Positions 27,472-41,482 of a stretch of 64,000 nt of DNA are shown one piece after another; the first letter of the stretch is position 1; each line of letters begins with the position of its first letter. The stretch lies in assembly GCA_020536535.1 (NCBI GenBank), contig JAHLWZ010000267.1:1-64000 (forward strand), read 5' to 3'. This DNA comes from Pelomyxa schiedti. Taxonomy: Eukaryota; Protista; Evosea. Made by a program: the position numbers and the translations under genes. The notes under the pieces are model-generated. The model made no database searches. It saw only the letters and a program-made list of their open reading frames with translations, and had not been told where the DNA came from.

Positions 27472-28543
27472 TCATAGTGAAGAGCCACTTTTGAGAGAAA
27501 AGTTGAGAAGTGTGCCTTCTTCATTTTCTTCAAGAACAGCATATGACAGTGACTGGGTGAAGGATCCCTGAGGTTCCTCAGTTTGTGGCACAAGGGAGGA
27601 AACAACTTACTATTGACACAGCATTTGGTGTTGGTCTCAGGTCGATTTCCCTGTGGGTGTGTCCCAATACAAGAAGGCTTTCAGGAGGTATGCACTTGGA
27701 GTTGACCTTGCGCAAATCGGAAATGAACTCGAAGGTCTGGGTGTCAGACGAAAGGTATATTCCATTGCCCCCTTCACAAATGGAACTGTTAGTGAGTCGA
27801 GAGAGAAGCATAGTGACAGCTCCGCACCGTCATGTGTCAAAAATGTGCTTGTGCCTCGGTTGCGGGGGGAGACCTTCAGCAGCTCTTTCTGTAACACCAC
27901 AAGCTGTGTGCCGAACTGTTCCTGAAGGGCATCTCCCAAGACTTGGAATAAGGGACGATCGTGGTTTCCTAGTAAAAAAATAATAAAAAAAGGTATGCAG
28001 TAAGGGAACAGAAGAAGTACCTCCCAACAAAAATACTGGAATGTTGCAGGCGGTGAGCTGGGAAACAATCCCACTAACGTAGGCTTTGGGGAGACTTGTT
28101 TTGGAAAAGTGAAATAAGTCTCCAAGAACAAAAAGTTGAAGTGCATTTTCGTGTTGTACAACTCTGGGGATGTACTGGAGTGCCTAGAAATATTAATATT
28201 GTTAGTGCAGTTGCTTTTTTTTTTGCTTGTTATATCTTTTGCACCTTGTGCGTGGGGGGAGACGATAGTGCCGTGTGGTGTGTACTGGTATAGTTAACGT
28301 TACTTTATGTTGTTCTTGTTTGGAAAAATAAGTGATAGCCTCTCCAAGATGTAGGTCACTAATGAGAACAGCCTTCCATCTTTAATCCCAATAAGAAGAG
28401 GAAAGACTGGGAAGGCAAGGTTAAGGAAGTTACCTAGCTTCCACTGGATGAGCTAGTTCTTGAAATGAAGCAGTTTTTAATTCAGGTTCAGCAGTAACAT
28501 TTGCTAACAACATTACTTTTGCCAAAGTAACAAAAAAAAAAAG

Positions 28544-28574
<31 letters not shown>

Positions 28575-29106
28575 GGGTGGGAATTGACGTACCACCCACC
28601 ATTTGAAAGAGAGTCTTCTCAACAACTTTGGTAGGCCTCAGTGCCCTCACGGCGCCCTCAAAATCACTAGGCGCAACACGCGCCGGAGCCTTGGAAACCG
28701 GCGGCGCAGGCACACTAGTAGCAGCCGTAGTGGGAATGCTTTCGGAAGCTATCGCCGCGGCACTCACAACGGTGGCGGTAGCTAGTGCGCAGTGAGTTTG
28801 CGTTGATGCCATCATCGTCGAGGGGGGCGGCGGCGGGGCGGCCCTGCCTGTGGTGGGCTTTCCTGTCATGGAGGGAGGCGGAGGAGGGGGAGGGGGCGGC
28901 GGCGGAGGTGCGGAGACTACTTTGCGCGTTGCTTTGCCAGGCAGAGGCGGAGGGGGAGGGGCGGGCGGGGGCGGAGCGGCCGCCTTCTTCGTGGGGAGCT
29001 TTGGCCCATGAAATGGGGGACACGGGGGAGGGGAGGGGGAGGCAAGGTCCGGGGCTGCGACGGCGGCGCTGGGCGGAAGCTCGTGTGGCTCTTGTTGGGA
29101 CGCCAT
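27472..29106 (-). CDS. Proline-rich/WH2-like N-terminus fused to a calcineurin-like metallophosphoesterase
   Basis: Spliced motifs AVLISDLHLG, LFVLGDLFH, LLGNHD, FLTHDG, LVLGHTH; N-terminal polyproline and DFEGAVRALRPTKVVEK. Confidence 0.8.
28543..28572 (+). repeat. 30-nt poly-G tract (poly-C in intron 1 of the phosphoesterase gene)
   Basis: G30 preceded by an A-run. Confidence 0.95.
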
Positions 29107-29463
29107 TTTTTGGTTCTTTGCTGTTCTCTGAACGGAAGTCGTTCGGTAATTTGCGAAAAACCCTGGAATGAAGTAGTGCTGAGATCTACCCACCCGAAGA
29201 GGATGGAAGCAGTCACCATTGTGGGCAAACTGGGCAGGTCCGGCCAATGGAGGCTCAGACCGGGAGTGATTCTCCATATTAGGAAGGCTGGACCAGGGTT
29301 GATCAAGAACCGGAGAACGCCGAGGAGCATTTCCCTCAGAAGCAACAAAGTACAAATTCAAATTACTTTGAAAAACAAAAAAAAAACTTGCCCCCTTTTG
29401 TGGTGGGTACCTGGGAGTGTCGGTGGTAGATACAAAGGGTAGATCCACGCAGCCACAAACACA

Positions 29464-32400
29464 ATGGCTGACGAAAAGACGTTCTCTTCGCGTTTGGTGG
29501 TATTTTTTTCCCGTTTTTTCCTTTTTTTTTTTTTCTTTTTTTACTGTGTTATTTGGGTTTTTATTGTCACTAAAAACCTTGTTGTGGTTTTTGAACTTGT
29601 TTGGTTGGGAGCAAACAATATTTGTAGAATCGATTTCTACAAGTGGAAAAGAACTATGAGCACAAGATGTACTCTCTGCAAAGGATATTGAAGTACTTCC
29701 AACAGAAGGCACAGCTGTTGACAGATTTTTCTTCACAGACATCCAAACTCATTGGACGCACTCCTGAAATACTGTGGTTTGAGGAAGGTACAGTGTCAAG
29801 TGCTTGGGCGAAAGTTCTCAAGGCCGAGCATGAATCCGTGAGGCTTCAGTCTCTTGCTGCTCAACAAATGAATGAACTTGTCTGCAACCCTTTGTGTAAA
29901 GTCTTGGACGACATGGAAACAGTTAAAAAAAAGGCATGTGTCACGAAAAACCTACAAATTTCAAACGCGTTCTCACTGTTTCTCATCAGTCAATTTCAGA
30001 CGGACAGCATCAACTGAAATTGCAATCCGATGCTATTTCTGCTTTACAGAAGGTTATCCACCCATACCAAATTCTGAAACTTATGTGCCAACCCCAGGCC
30101 AAAGAAAAATTTCACAAGAGCTCCAAGGATGCAGAAATATTTGAGGCACAAATGAAAGAACTGGAGGGTGATCCCAAGAAACGGACTGAGTTTCTCAAAG
30201 TGTGTCTATTAATACCATCATCAAGGACTAATGCACCTAGTCTGACAAAAAATTGTTCAAAATGCGAGAAGATTTGAAAGAAATAGAAGTTTCTTACCGT
30301 CAGCAAATCATAGCAACCAATATTATACAGGAAGAGTTTTATACAAAAGGAATGCCTGCTGTGCTGGCTGTGTGTATAATGCGCAATACACCACCTTCTT
30401 ATTATATTCTAGGAACTACATCATGCCTTCCTTATTAGAATTCATCAAATCAAAGTTAGAACCCCTTGGGTTTTCTTCTTCTCATTTCTGTTGCAGGATT
30501 TCTTTGTGATGTTTTCTAAGATTGCAACCAAACTTAATGAAGATTTTCATCCCTGTACACAACAACTGCAAAGTGAAGTCATTTCTATAAATCCCGAAAA
30601 TGATATGGAAGAATTCACACAAAAACTGGATGACGCTTTTACCATTCCAGTACCTTTCAGTTTTGAGGCTTATAAGGTTCTTGCTTCTTCAATTTAATCT
30701 CATTTAACCTACCTTACTAGACTGGATCTTCACTCGTCCAAACTAAAAGACAATCTATTTTTGCCAAGAAAGGCACACATGACCCTTGTGTAAGTTACTC
30801 CTCGTTTTAGTTTAAGACCCATCTCTTGTAGTTTTCAACTGCAATATTTCATGTTCCCCTGGAGGATGTTGTTGCCAAACAGAACTTACAACACACCAAT
30901 TCACCTACACTGGTGAAAATTCCTCTCATTGTTAAATATTGTTGCGAAAGCATTTTATATCTGGGAGGTTGCAACAGTTCTCTTCTGTTCTTTTACTCAC
31001 TCCTTCAAGGCACCAAGACTCCATGTATCTTTCGAATCTCTGGCACAGTCAGTGAGATACAGACGCTGAAAGATAACTTAAATAAGGGCGTATACCTTCC
31101 CCCAGTCGATGTCCACACTTGTGCTGCATTATTGAAACTATGGCTCAGAGCCCTACCTGAACCACTCATCCCAATGAATCTTTAGTACGGTCATTTCCTA
31201 ACCAACTTCAAACTAAACTTCAACAAGCACCTCCTGTGTTGATGCACAGGATCCCTTTGCGATATTACCTCAACTCCCAGAGATCAACCGCTTGACTCTT
31301 GGATATATCACTTCTTTCCTGCAGTGTTTCTGCACTCCAGAGGCTGAAGAAGTGGTATACTTTCCATGTACCTATTACAATTTACTGATGCAGCCCAAGA
31401 CTTCCATGTCACGAGATAGCATTGCAGCAATCTTTGCTCCTTGCTTTTTCCGGACACCGTGAGCTTTTCACCTTGTTAATCCCTTCATGACATCACATAC
31501 AGCGAAACGGAGGAGCTTGCAGAGAGACTAGTAGCAGCAGAAAAGGAAAAACAGGTCTCTTCACAAATCATGTGTTTACATTATTTTACCGTTTTCCTTA
31601 GTTCTTGTCGACCCTTTTTAGCAAATATGTTGCTCCTTCAGAAATTCCGCATCTTGAGCCCTTCTCTTATTCAAATTGGCCTCAGATTCAACTACCAACG
31701 CCAGAAAGAAGTGTTCCTTCTGTTGCCTTCTCTTCCTCCTCTCCTTCACAGAGCCCTCTCAGCCTTCCTCCAACTCCAACGGCAGATGGAGTTTTGCTCC
31801 CAACAAATCTTTTTGCGCGCAAATCATTTGATACATCTAACACATCCATTTCCACACCATCTGCCAGTCTGTCGGAGCTTATGGGGGATATTCCTGGGTT
31901 TGATTTGGACATGCCCCCACTGGCACCTATAAGGTTTGTCTTTTTTATTCAGGCTTCTAATATAACTGACGCTCATGCAGTTCCGTTATGGAAGTGAATA
32001 TTGACGACCTTATTGGGAATATGTTCCTGAGAAAGAGTGAAATTGTGTCCTCAAGCACGACTACCTCAAGTGCCTCAAGCCCAGTCAGCGCAGGGCCGTC
32101 ACCTACACAGGGTGTAATCGACGCACACTCTTCTATAGAAGCATCAAAGGTATCAACAGAGAAACCTGCTTCACCTCCCTTCAATCCACCTCCCATTTCA
32201 CCGCCACCTCCGCCAATTTGTCCCGAACCTGCGATCTTACCACCTCCCGTGGAAAAACCATTGCCTGCACCTCCCCCAGCGCGCTTTGAAATCCCCCCAC
32301 CACTTCTCCGCGACATACCCCCACCACTTCTTCGCGACATACCCCCACCAACGCCAACAACTCCACAAGAAATACCACCACCAGCCTTATGTGAAATACT

Positions 32401-32821
32401 ACCAAATCTCTGTGAAATACCTCCCCCAATGTGTGATATACCACCACCAACTATACGCGAAATTCCGCCCCCAATCGCACCGCCACCGATATCGTGCCCC
32501 CTAGCTCCACCGATTGACCCACCCAAATCACCTCAATCCGTCATCCTACCACCACCAACAGCGGCACAGGGTCACTGTACAACAGCAGCCAAACCCCCAC
32601 GAGCAGCAGACCCGCCAGCGAAGTCCAGAGCACACTCCACATCCTTTACAGTACACACAACCCAGCCCACTCACACAGAACTTGTCCGCCCAACAACAGG
32701 CCGCAAAGGAAAGGAACAGACCTTTTCAGCAAACACACTACCACACAACAGCACATCCTCCGGGAAAGTATTCTCAGGCTTCCGGTTACCTGGAAGGTCC
32801 AGCAGCACCAAGAAAACGTAG
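29464..32821 (+). CDS. F-BAR + RhoGAP + proline-rich tail protein (MEGAP/srGAP-like)
   Basis: Helical N-terminus (GTVSSAWAKVL..MNELVCNPL); RhoGAP IFHVPLEDVV..IPLIVKYC..CIFRISG..DVHTCAALLKLWLRALPEPLIP with arginine finger; Pro-rich last exon. Confidence 0.88.
32287..32490 (+). repeat. Degenerate coding tandem repeat encoding [ED]IPPP units
   Basis: FEIPPPLLRDIPPPLLRDIPPP..QEIPPPALCEILPNLCEIPPPMCDIPPPTIREIPPP. Confidence 0.85.
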
Positions 32822-32991
32822 AGAAGGTAGCTATCTACCCCACTCTAGAATGTACAAATAAACCCTGGTACATAAAAGCTGCAGAGAAAATTAACTTGTA
32901 TTGAACTGTTTTGTTTTTTTAAAAACAATTCCTTCCACATTTTTTGGCTCCATCACAGTCTCTACAGCGAAAGTAAGTCACGGTTTCAAGA

Positions 32992-34060
32992 CTAGCATAG
33001 TTTACAAGAGAAGATACACACCACAGCGCCGTCGTCATCATCCAATACACCAGAAGGGAACACTTGCACCAGCATGGCCATTTCTCCGCGGCAAATGGGG
33101 CACAGTGGGGTGCTGCTATTCTTGATTGATGTGAGGCAAGTCCTGCACCCACACTGGTGACCACAGGGAACAACCAGGAAATCAGCATTCTCAGCCAGGC
33201 ACACAACGCACTTTGGTGACACAGTAGCATTGGCCGGTGCCTCCTCAACAGGAGTACTCAATGCGGTACTCGTACTAGTATCAGGCCTCGGCTCCGGAGC
33301 ATGGGAGAGCAGCGTAGTGAGGTAGGCCAGAACCTGGTCAACCGGCTTATCGGCATCAACTACATCTATCTTCCTGAAGCAAGGCACAACGAAGCCGAAC
33401 TGCATGTGGTATTCGGTCAGCTTCCTGCGTGCAGCCTCAGGGTTAGCATCATAGTCCCTCCTGACCAGCCTGGACTTGTCCAAGTCGTCGGGAGGCGGGT
33501 AGAACCTCGAATGGTAGATGTTCCCGTTGCTGGGATCGATCCTGCGACCCGTCAGTCGCTCGACGCACACGTCGTCCGGCACGTCCAGCACGACGCACCT
33601 CTCGACGTCGAGCCCGGCGCACAGCCTCACGGCCTGCTGCCGGGTCACGGGGAAGCCGTCGAGCAGGATCGCGGCGGGGGGGGGTCGCGGGGCCGAGCCC
33701 GGGCGCGGGCGGCAGCGGTCGGCGATGGCGTCGACGATGAGGAGGTCGGGCACGGCGACGCCCTGCGACACCTTGGTGGTGTCGTCGTGGCCGGCGAACA
33801 TGTCGGGGTATTTCTGCGAAACGTCGTACGCCAGCCTCGACGTGCTGACGTGTTGCATCCTGCCTAGTGTTTGTTGTGTTTGCTTTTGTTTTTGGTGTTT
33901 TGTTTGTTTGTTTGTTTGGTTGCTCGTTTCCCCCCTCAAGGGCATCGTTGTGAACAACATACCCGAGAGTAACTTGTAGTCTTTTGCATAGTGTGCCCTT
34001 GCCTGACCCTGGTGGGCCCAGTACCACTATCAACCTCGTCTGTGGTGTGGTCGCAGCCAT
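32992..34060 (-). CDS. Adenylate kinase-like domain fused to a C3HC4 RING finger
   Basis: IVVLGPPGSGKGTLC, ILLDGFP, ERLTGRRIDPSNGNIYH (LID); CVVC..VPCGHQCGCRTC..CPICR; one intron near 33867-33960; 3' end may include another small exon. Confidence 0.88.
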
Positions 34061-34171
34061 TTTTTCTTTTGTTTTTCCCTTTTTGATTCTCCAAGCCTCA
34101 TCACCATCGCAGAAGACTGTTTTTCGCAGACTCTCGGTACGATTCCCAGCAACAGACACCCCTCTTGAGCG

Positions 34172-35598
34172 ATGAATTCTTGCGGCAGAGACGATTTGGG
34201 GTTGAGTGTGCCGAGAGAGGAGGATGCATTGTTGGTGTTGGGAGACACTTTGTGTTGGTTGTTGCACGCTCTGCGGTGTCGCTGCTCCGGCGGCTGCCGC
34301 GCACTCGCCCCGGATCTGCCGCCCCTTCCTCCGTCCGTTTATGATCTCCTTCCGCCGAACGCGGACCCTGACGCGGCCAGCAGCAGCAGCAACAGCAACA
34401 GCAACGACGCGCTACGTCGCGAGATGCCGGCTGTTGTGCACCACGTTCTGTGCGTCCACGGTGTGACGCGTGAGGTCGCTTCTAGGCTGAAAATGTCTCC
34501 TGAGTGTGCCAAATTGAGACCACCAAGTTTGATGCGCGGCCATTTGATGCGTAGACAAACGCAATCAGAGTCACAATCACAATCACAATCACAATCTCAA
34601 GTTCAAGTGCAAATGCGAAATCCATATATACAAATAGAAGAAAAGACAGTTGATACCAAATCAGGTGTTTCCCCACTACTTTTCTTGTTCGTGTGCCTTA
34701 CCTGAGCTGATTTTCATTCTTTTGTAACCTAGTACTTTTGGAACCTTACAGCAGAAGATGGCTACTTCTGGTGGCTCAACTTATCAATATAATTGACCCA
34801 ACGTTGCCACATCGACTTATGGAAGGTGGGTCTTTGTTATAGGATTTTATGCATCTCAACCACTCATAGTTTCCGGTGGCTCAAGTTTAGTTGCCATCCA
34901 ACACTCCCTCGTGATGCTAGGATCAAAATTGCCATCCAAAAACTCTTCAACAGTACGCATTCCCTTCTCTAGTTTCCCTTTGATATTTTTCTAGACCGAA
35001 CACCTCACCTTTCTGATAGAGTTAGCTTCCTTTGCCCTATACTGTCTCAGTAGTCTCCACTCCCCACAGTCGTTACACCAAAGTTCCTTTGCACACACGG
35101 CCGTGCTAGATGCTGCGCTCGAATCCAGTTCGCTATTCTCAGTGTGTGGTCAGTGATCCATCCTCTCTTGTCTAACCTCCCTCGAAGACCGACTGCCAAA
35201 TTCCCAAGACAAACAGACCCCCACCAACTCACATGAGTGACCAGTTTTCTCCTGTTGAATACAATCCGCTTCCCAGCCAACAACAGTACCACAGAACCAT
35301 TTCCACCCTCATAAACACTGGGAGCACTTCATGCTACATACCAACGCTGAAAGAGAGTGCAAGGGCCATAGCCACGCAACAGGTTACTCAGCTGGGAGGC
35401 ATAGAAGATGTGGCTCAGCTCATGGAGAAACACAACACCCTTGTCTGTGGACTTGTAGACAAACTGGGATACCTTTCCAACCTGTGCAACCAATTGAGGT
35501 CCCAGCTCAGCATTCCCGTGGAGACTCCTCCTACCTCACAACTGTTTCAACAGCACCAACTTCTTGAAAGGCTTGCAGGCGGCAGAAATACTCTGTAG
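34172..35598 (+). CDS. Hypothetical protein, possibly TEDC1-like (tubulin epsilon/delta complex)
   Basis: Multi-exon; TLCWLLHAL, VHHVLCVHGVTREVASRL and SRRWLLLVAQLI resemble TEDC1 segments as I recall them; contains a (tcacaa)n SQ repeat; family call is weak. Confidence 0.5.
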
Positions 35599-35792
35599 TG
35601 TTCCTCTGTAAGGCACCCAACCCCATATTCCAAAACCACACCTAACCTCCATTCAGAGACAAAACGAAAACCCCTTGTTGTACAACAATAGAACCGAAAG
35701 CCACACAACTTTTCACCGGAGAAAGCTCCGCAAATATATTCCATGTTCTTTCAGAGAGGTTTTTTTTTCTCTGCTCTCTTCTAGACCTAAGC

Positions 35793-35797
35793 AAAAA
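35793..35797 (-). terminator. Putative RNA polymerase III terminator (T5) downstream of the permuted tRNA
   Basis: TTCTTTTT on the minus strand ~16 nt after the end of the 5'-half region. Confidence 0.45.
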
Positions 35798-35813
35798 GAA
35801 GGTTTTGGGGCTG

Positions 35814-35919
35814 TTCGCGACAATCACGTGTAAGAATCGCCTTAACCACTCGGCCACTGCGGCTTATGTAGTGTCGCCGCAGGTGGGATTCGAACCCACG
35901 GTTCCATAGGAAAATTGTT
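35814..35919 (-). tRNA. Circularly permuted tRNA-Ser-type gene (3' half 35919-35875, spacer 35874-35864, 5' half from 35863); anticodon uncertain, best guess CGA
   Basis: Minus strand reads ACAAT-T-TTCC TAT GGAA-CC-GTGGG TTCGAAT CCCAC-CTGCGGC-G, then acactacataa, then GCCGCAG-TG-GCCG AGTGGTTA AGGC-G-ATT...; 7/7 acceptor-stem pairs between the halves, long variable arm, G73. Confidence 0.75.
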
Positions 35920-36167
35920 TTTTGAGATGTTTCGATGAAGTGATCATTCATCAGGGTGGCACTATTCTCTTGGAGGCCTCCATTTTGCAATGAACTTCAC
36001 CAAGAGGGCACACCACAGCAACCCCGCAGAAAAAAACCACGGTGCTGGAGAGGAAAAAGGGAGAAACTTTTTGCTCGGTTAGGATTGTGGGACGGACTCA
36101 AAGTTTATCCTTGCAACAAATAGATTTCTGTAATACCCACACCTATGTATTCTTTATTTTATGGTGG

Positions 36168-37716
36168 CTAAAATAGCTGGAAAAGAGAAAGTGCAGCTGT
36201 GCTGGTGTCGTATGGCTGGAACCAGTCGTGCGGTCCCAATGTATCAGAGGCCTTCAGATAGTGCATTTAGTGGAAGTTTGTGGGAACTAGATAGAGAGCA
36301 CAAACCTCCCATAGATTTGAACTGGCTCGGATTCCAAATGTGCGAGTCACAGGCTTTGAACTACCAGCCTCAAGCCCCATTCTGATCATGGCTTGTTGGT
36401 AGTCTGTGTTGCACGAGAAAAGGGGAACATTCATAGCTTTGGCGCGGCACAGGGAGTGAGCAACAACGGCAGACGTAATGCGGTCCCATAATGCTGCCTT
36501 TTCCGTAGGATTCCGATCAGAAAGGAGCGGAAAGTCAATCTGAGGGCTCTCCAAGTATCTTCATTTGGATGAATGTGAGAACAGGTAGATAAGTAAAGAG
36601 AAGGGAAAAAGAAAGAAATTTAGAATACAGCGCAAGAGGTCCATTTACATCCCCCAAGTGCAATAACCTCATGTAGCATCTCCCAGCGGGATTGTGATGC
36701 CACTCTGGAATTTGAATGACAAGTACCTTATTTTTGGGATTTGTGAACTGTGCCAAGGCACACACAGGACTAAAGTCGAATCCATGACTAGGGCCACCAA
36801 TTTTTGTAGCCCAAAGAAGCTCAGGGCCCTCCTCCTCCCAAGAAATCACTCCCTGGCCGAGTGAAGACCCATGATCCACTTTCAAGGAGGAAATCCAAGA
36901 CTCAGTAAGCGGCCCAAGCGGAGCCAATTGTCTACGAGCGTGGCATAGAGGAGGCACAGCAACCTCCGCCGGGCCAGGCTTGGGGTAAATCCCACCATTC
37001 ATCCTCCATTCCGCGAAGGCGCCGGCCAGAATTGCCCTCACACAGCAAAGGGCCGCCTCCGCGTTCCTCCTCACAACATCGGCCTTTCCCATAACTCTGC
37101 CAGAGCACGACGAATCGGATTCGGGTTCGGCGCGGCCGGTACCAGGGAATTCCCAGAAGCTAGGCAGGCCAAGGGCGTCGGGCCCTGAGCGGCTGCATTC
37201 CACAAGGCACCTGAGTGGGTGAATGACCTCACAGCGAGTGATGGAGTCCTCAAAGGCATCAAGGGGCACGGGGCCGTCCGCTGCCCTCCAGGATTCGTAA
37301 GTCCCATAATCCACTCCCACCTCGGCCGCGAGCAGCCTCGGCAGCACCGACGACCTCACGAACGCAACCGCGCGCTCGACCTCGGCGGCGTCCCCGCTCG
37401 CCGACGCGCGGCGGATCTCGTCGGCTGCCGCGGCCGCCGACGCGGAGACGTTCGCTCGGCTGCGCACGTGCCTCTTGGTCGCGTTTTCGTTGCGCAGCAT
37501 CGCGTGGTCGCCCCGCCGGTAGTCGAGGCGCGACGTCGGCGAGTCCCAGTGCGCGTACCACGCGCACGTCCGCCGCTCGGCCCCGACGTCGGTCGCCGTG
37601 TCGGCGCCGCTGTCGCACTGCCGCGCGAGGCTGCGCATCACCTCGGCGGCCCTGCCCGCGGACACCAACTTGGTGCCCTCCAGCACCGCCACCAACGGCG
37701 ACACAGCTTCGTCCAT
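36168..37716 (-). CDS. Hypothetical protein
   Basis: Long first exon (ATG 37716, ORF 36535-37782) spliced to the 36267-36554 frame and a last exon ASDTLGPHDWFQPY...; no family recognised. Confidence 0.75.
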
Positions 37717-37838
37717 TTTTTGGTGTAGCAAGTTCGACAAAAAGCCAAGAAAAAAGATATCTCTCCAAAAAAAAATTGGCATTTTGCTTGTTTGGGGGTT
37801 ATAGAGTACAGAGGAGGGAGTACTGGTTCTGGTGGGTG

Positions 37839-41240
<3,402 letters not shown>

Positions 41241-41482
41241 CGCCGTAGTCGTTGTGTTTGATTGCGATCTGTTGCCAGTTTTTTCTAAAATAATCCCTTA
41301 AGCAGGGACTTTTGGTGTACACCCTTTACTCAATGTGGGGTTCCCCAACTTGCCCCCAGTTGGTCCTCTCCAGCTCGGATTACTCCTCTCAATCCCTATT
41401 TATAGGCCAAAGCTCCGTAGCGGAAATTTCCAGTTTTTAAGGTCACCTTGGCGGGCATGCATTGTTGTAACAAAAACAACGA

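Noticed and set aside
28513-29742. 409-aa ORF ending in PPPPPPPPPPFFF
   Set aside because: The poly-Pro/Phe end is read-through into an intron (C30/T-run), and the N-terminal part overlaps the promoter and the opposite gene; the real start is probably 29106.
35920-35945. Reading the tRNA as Leu(CAA), Sec(TCA) or a stop suppressor linked to the divergent eRF1
   Set aside because: CTCAAAA is out of register with the ACAAT stem, the body is Ser-type (G73, 7/5 fold), and all three stop codons terminate genes in this window.
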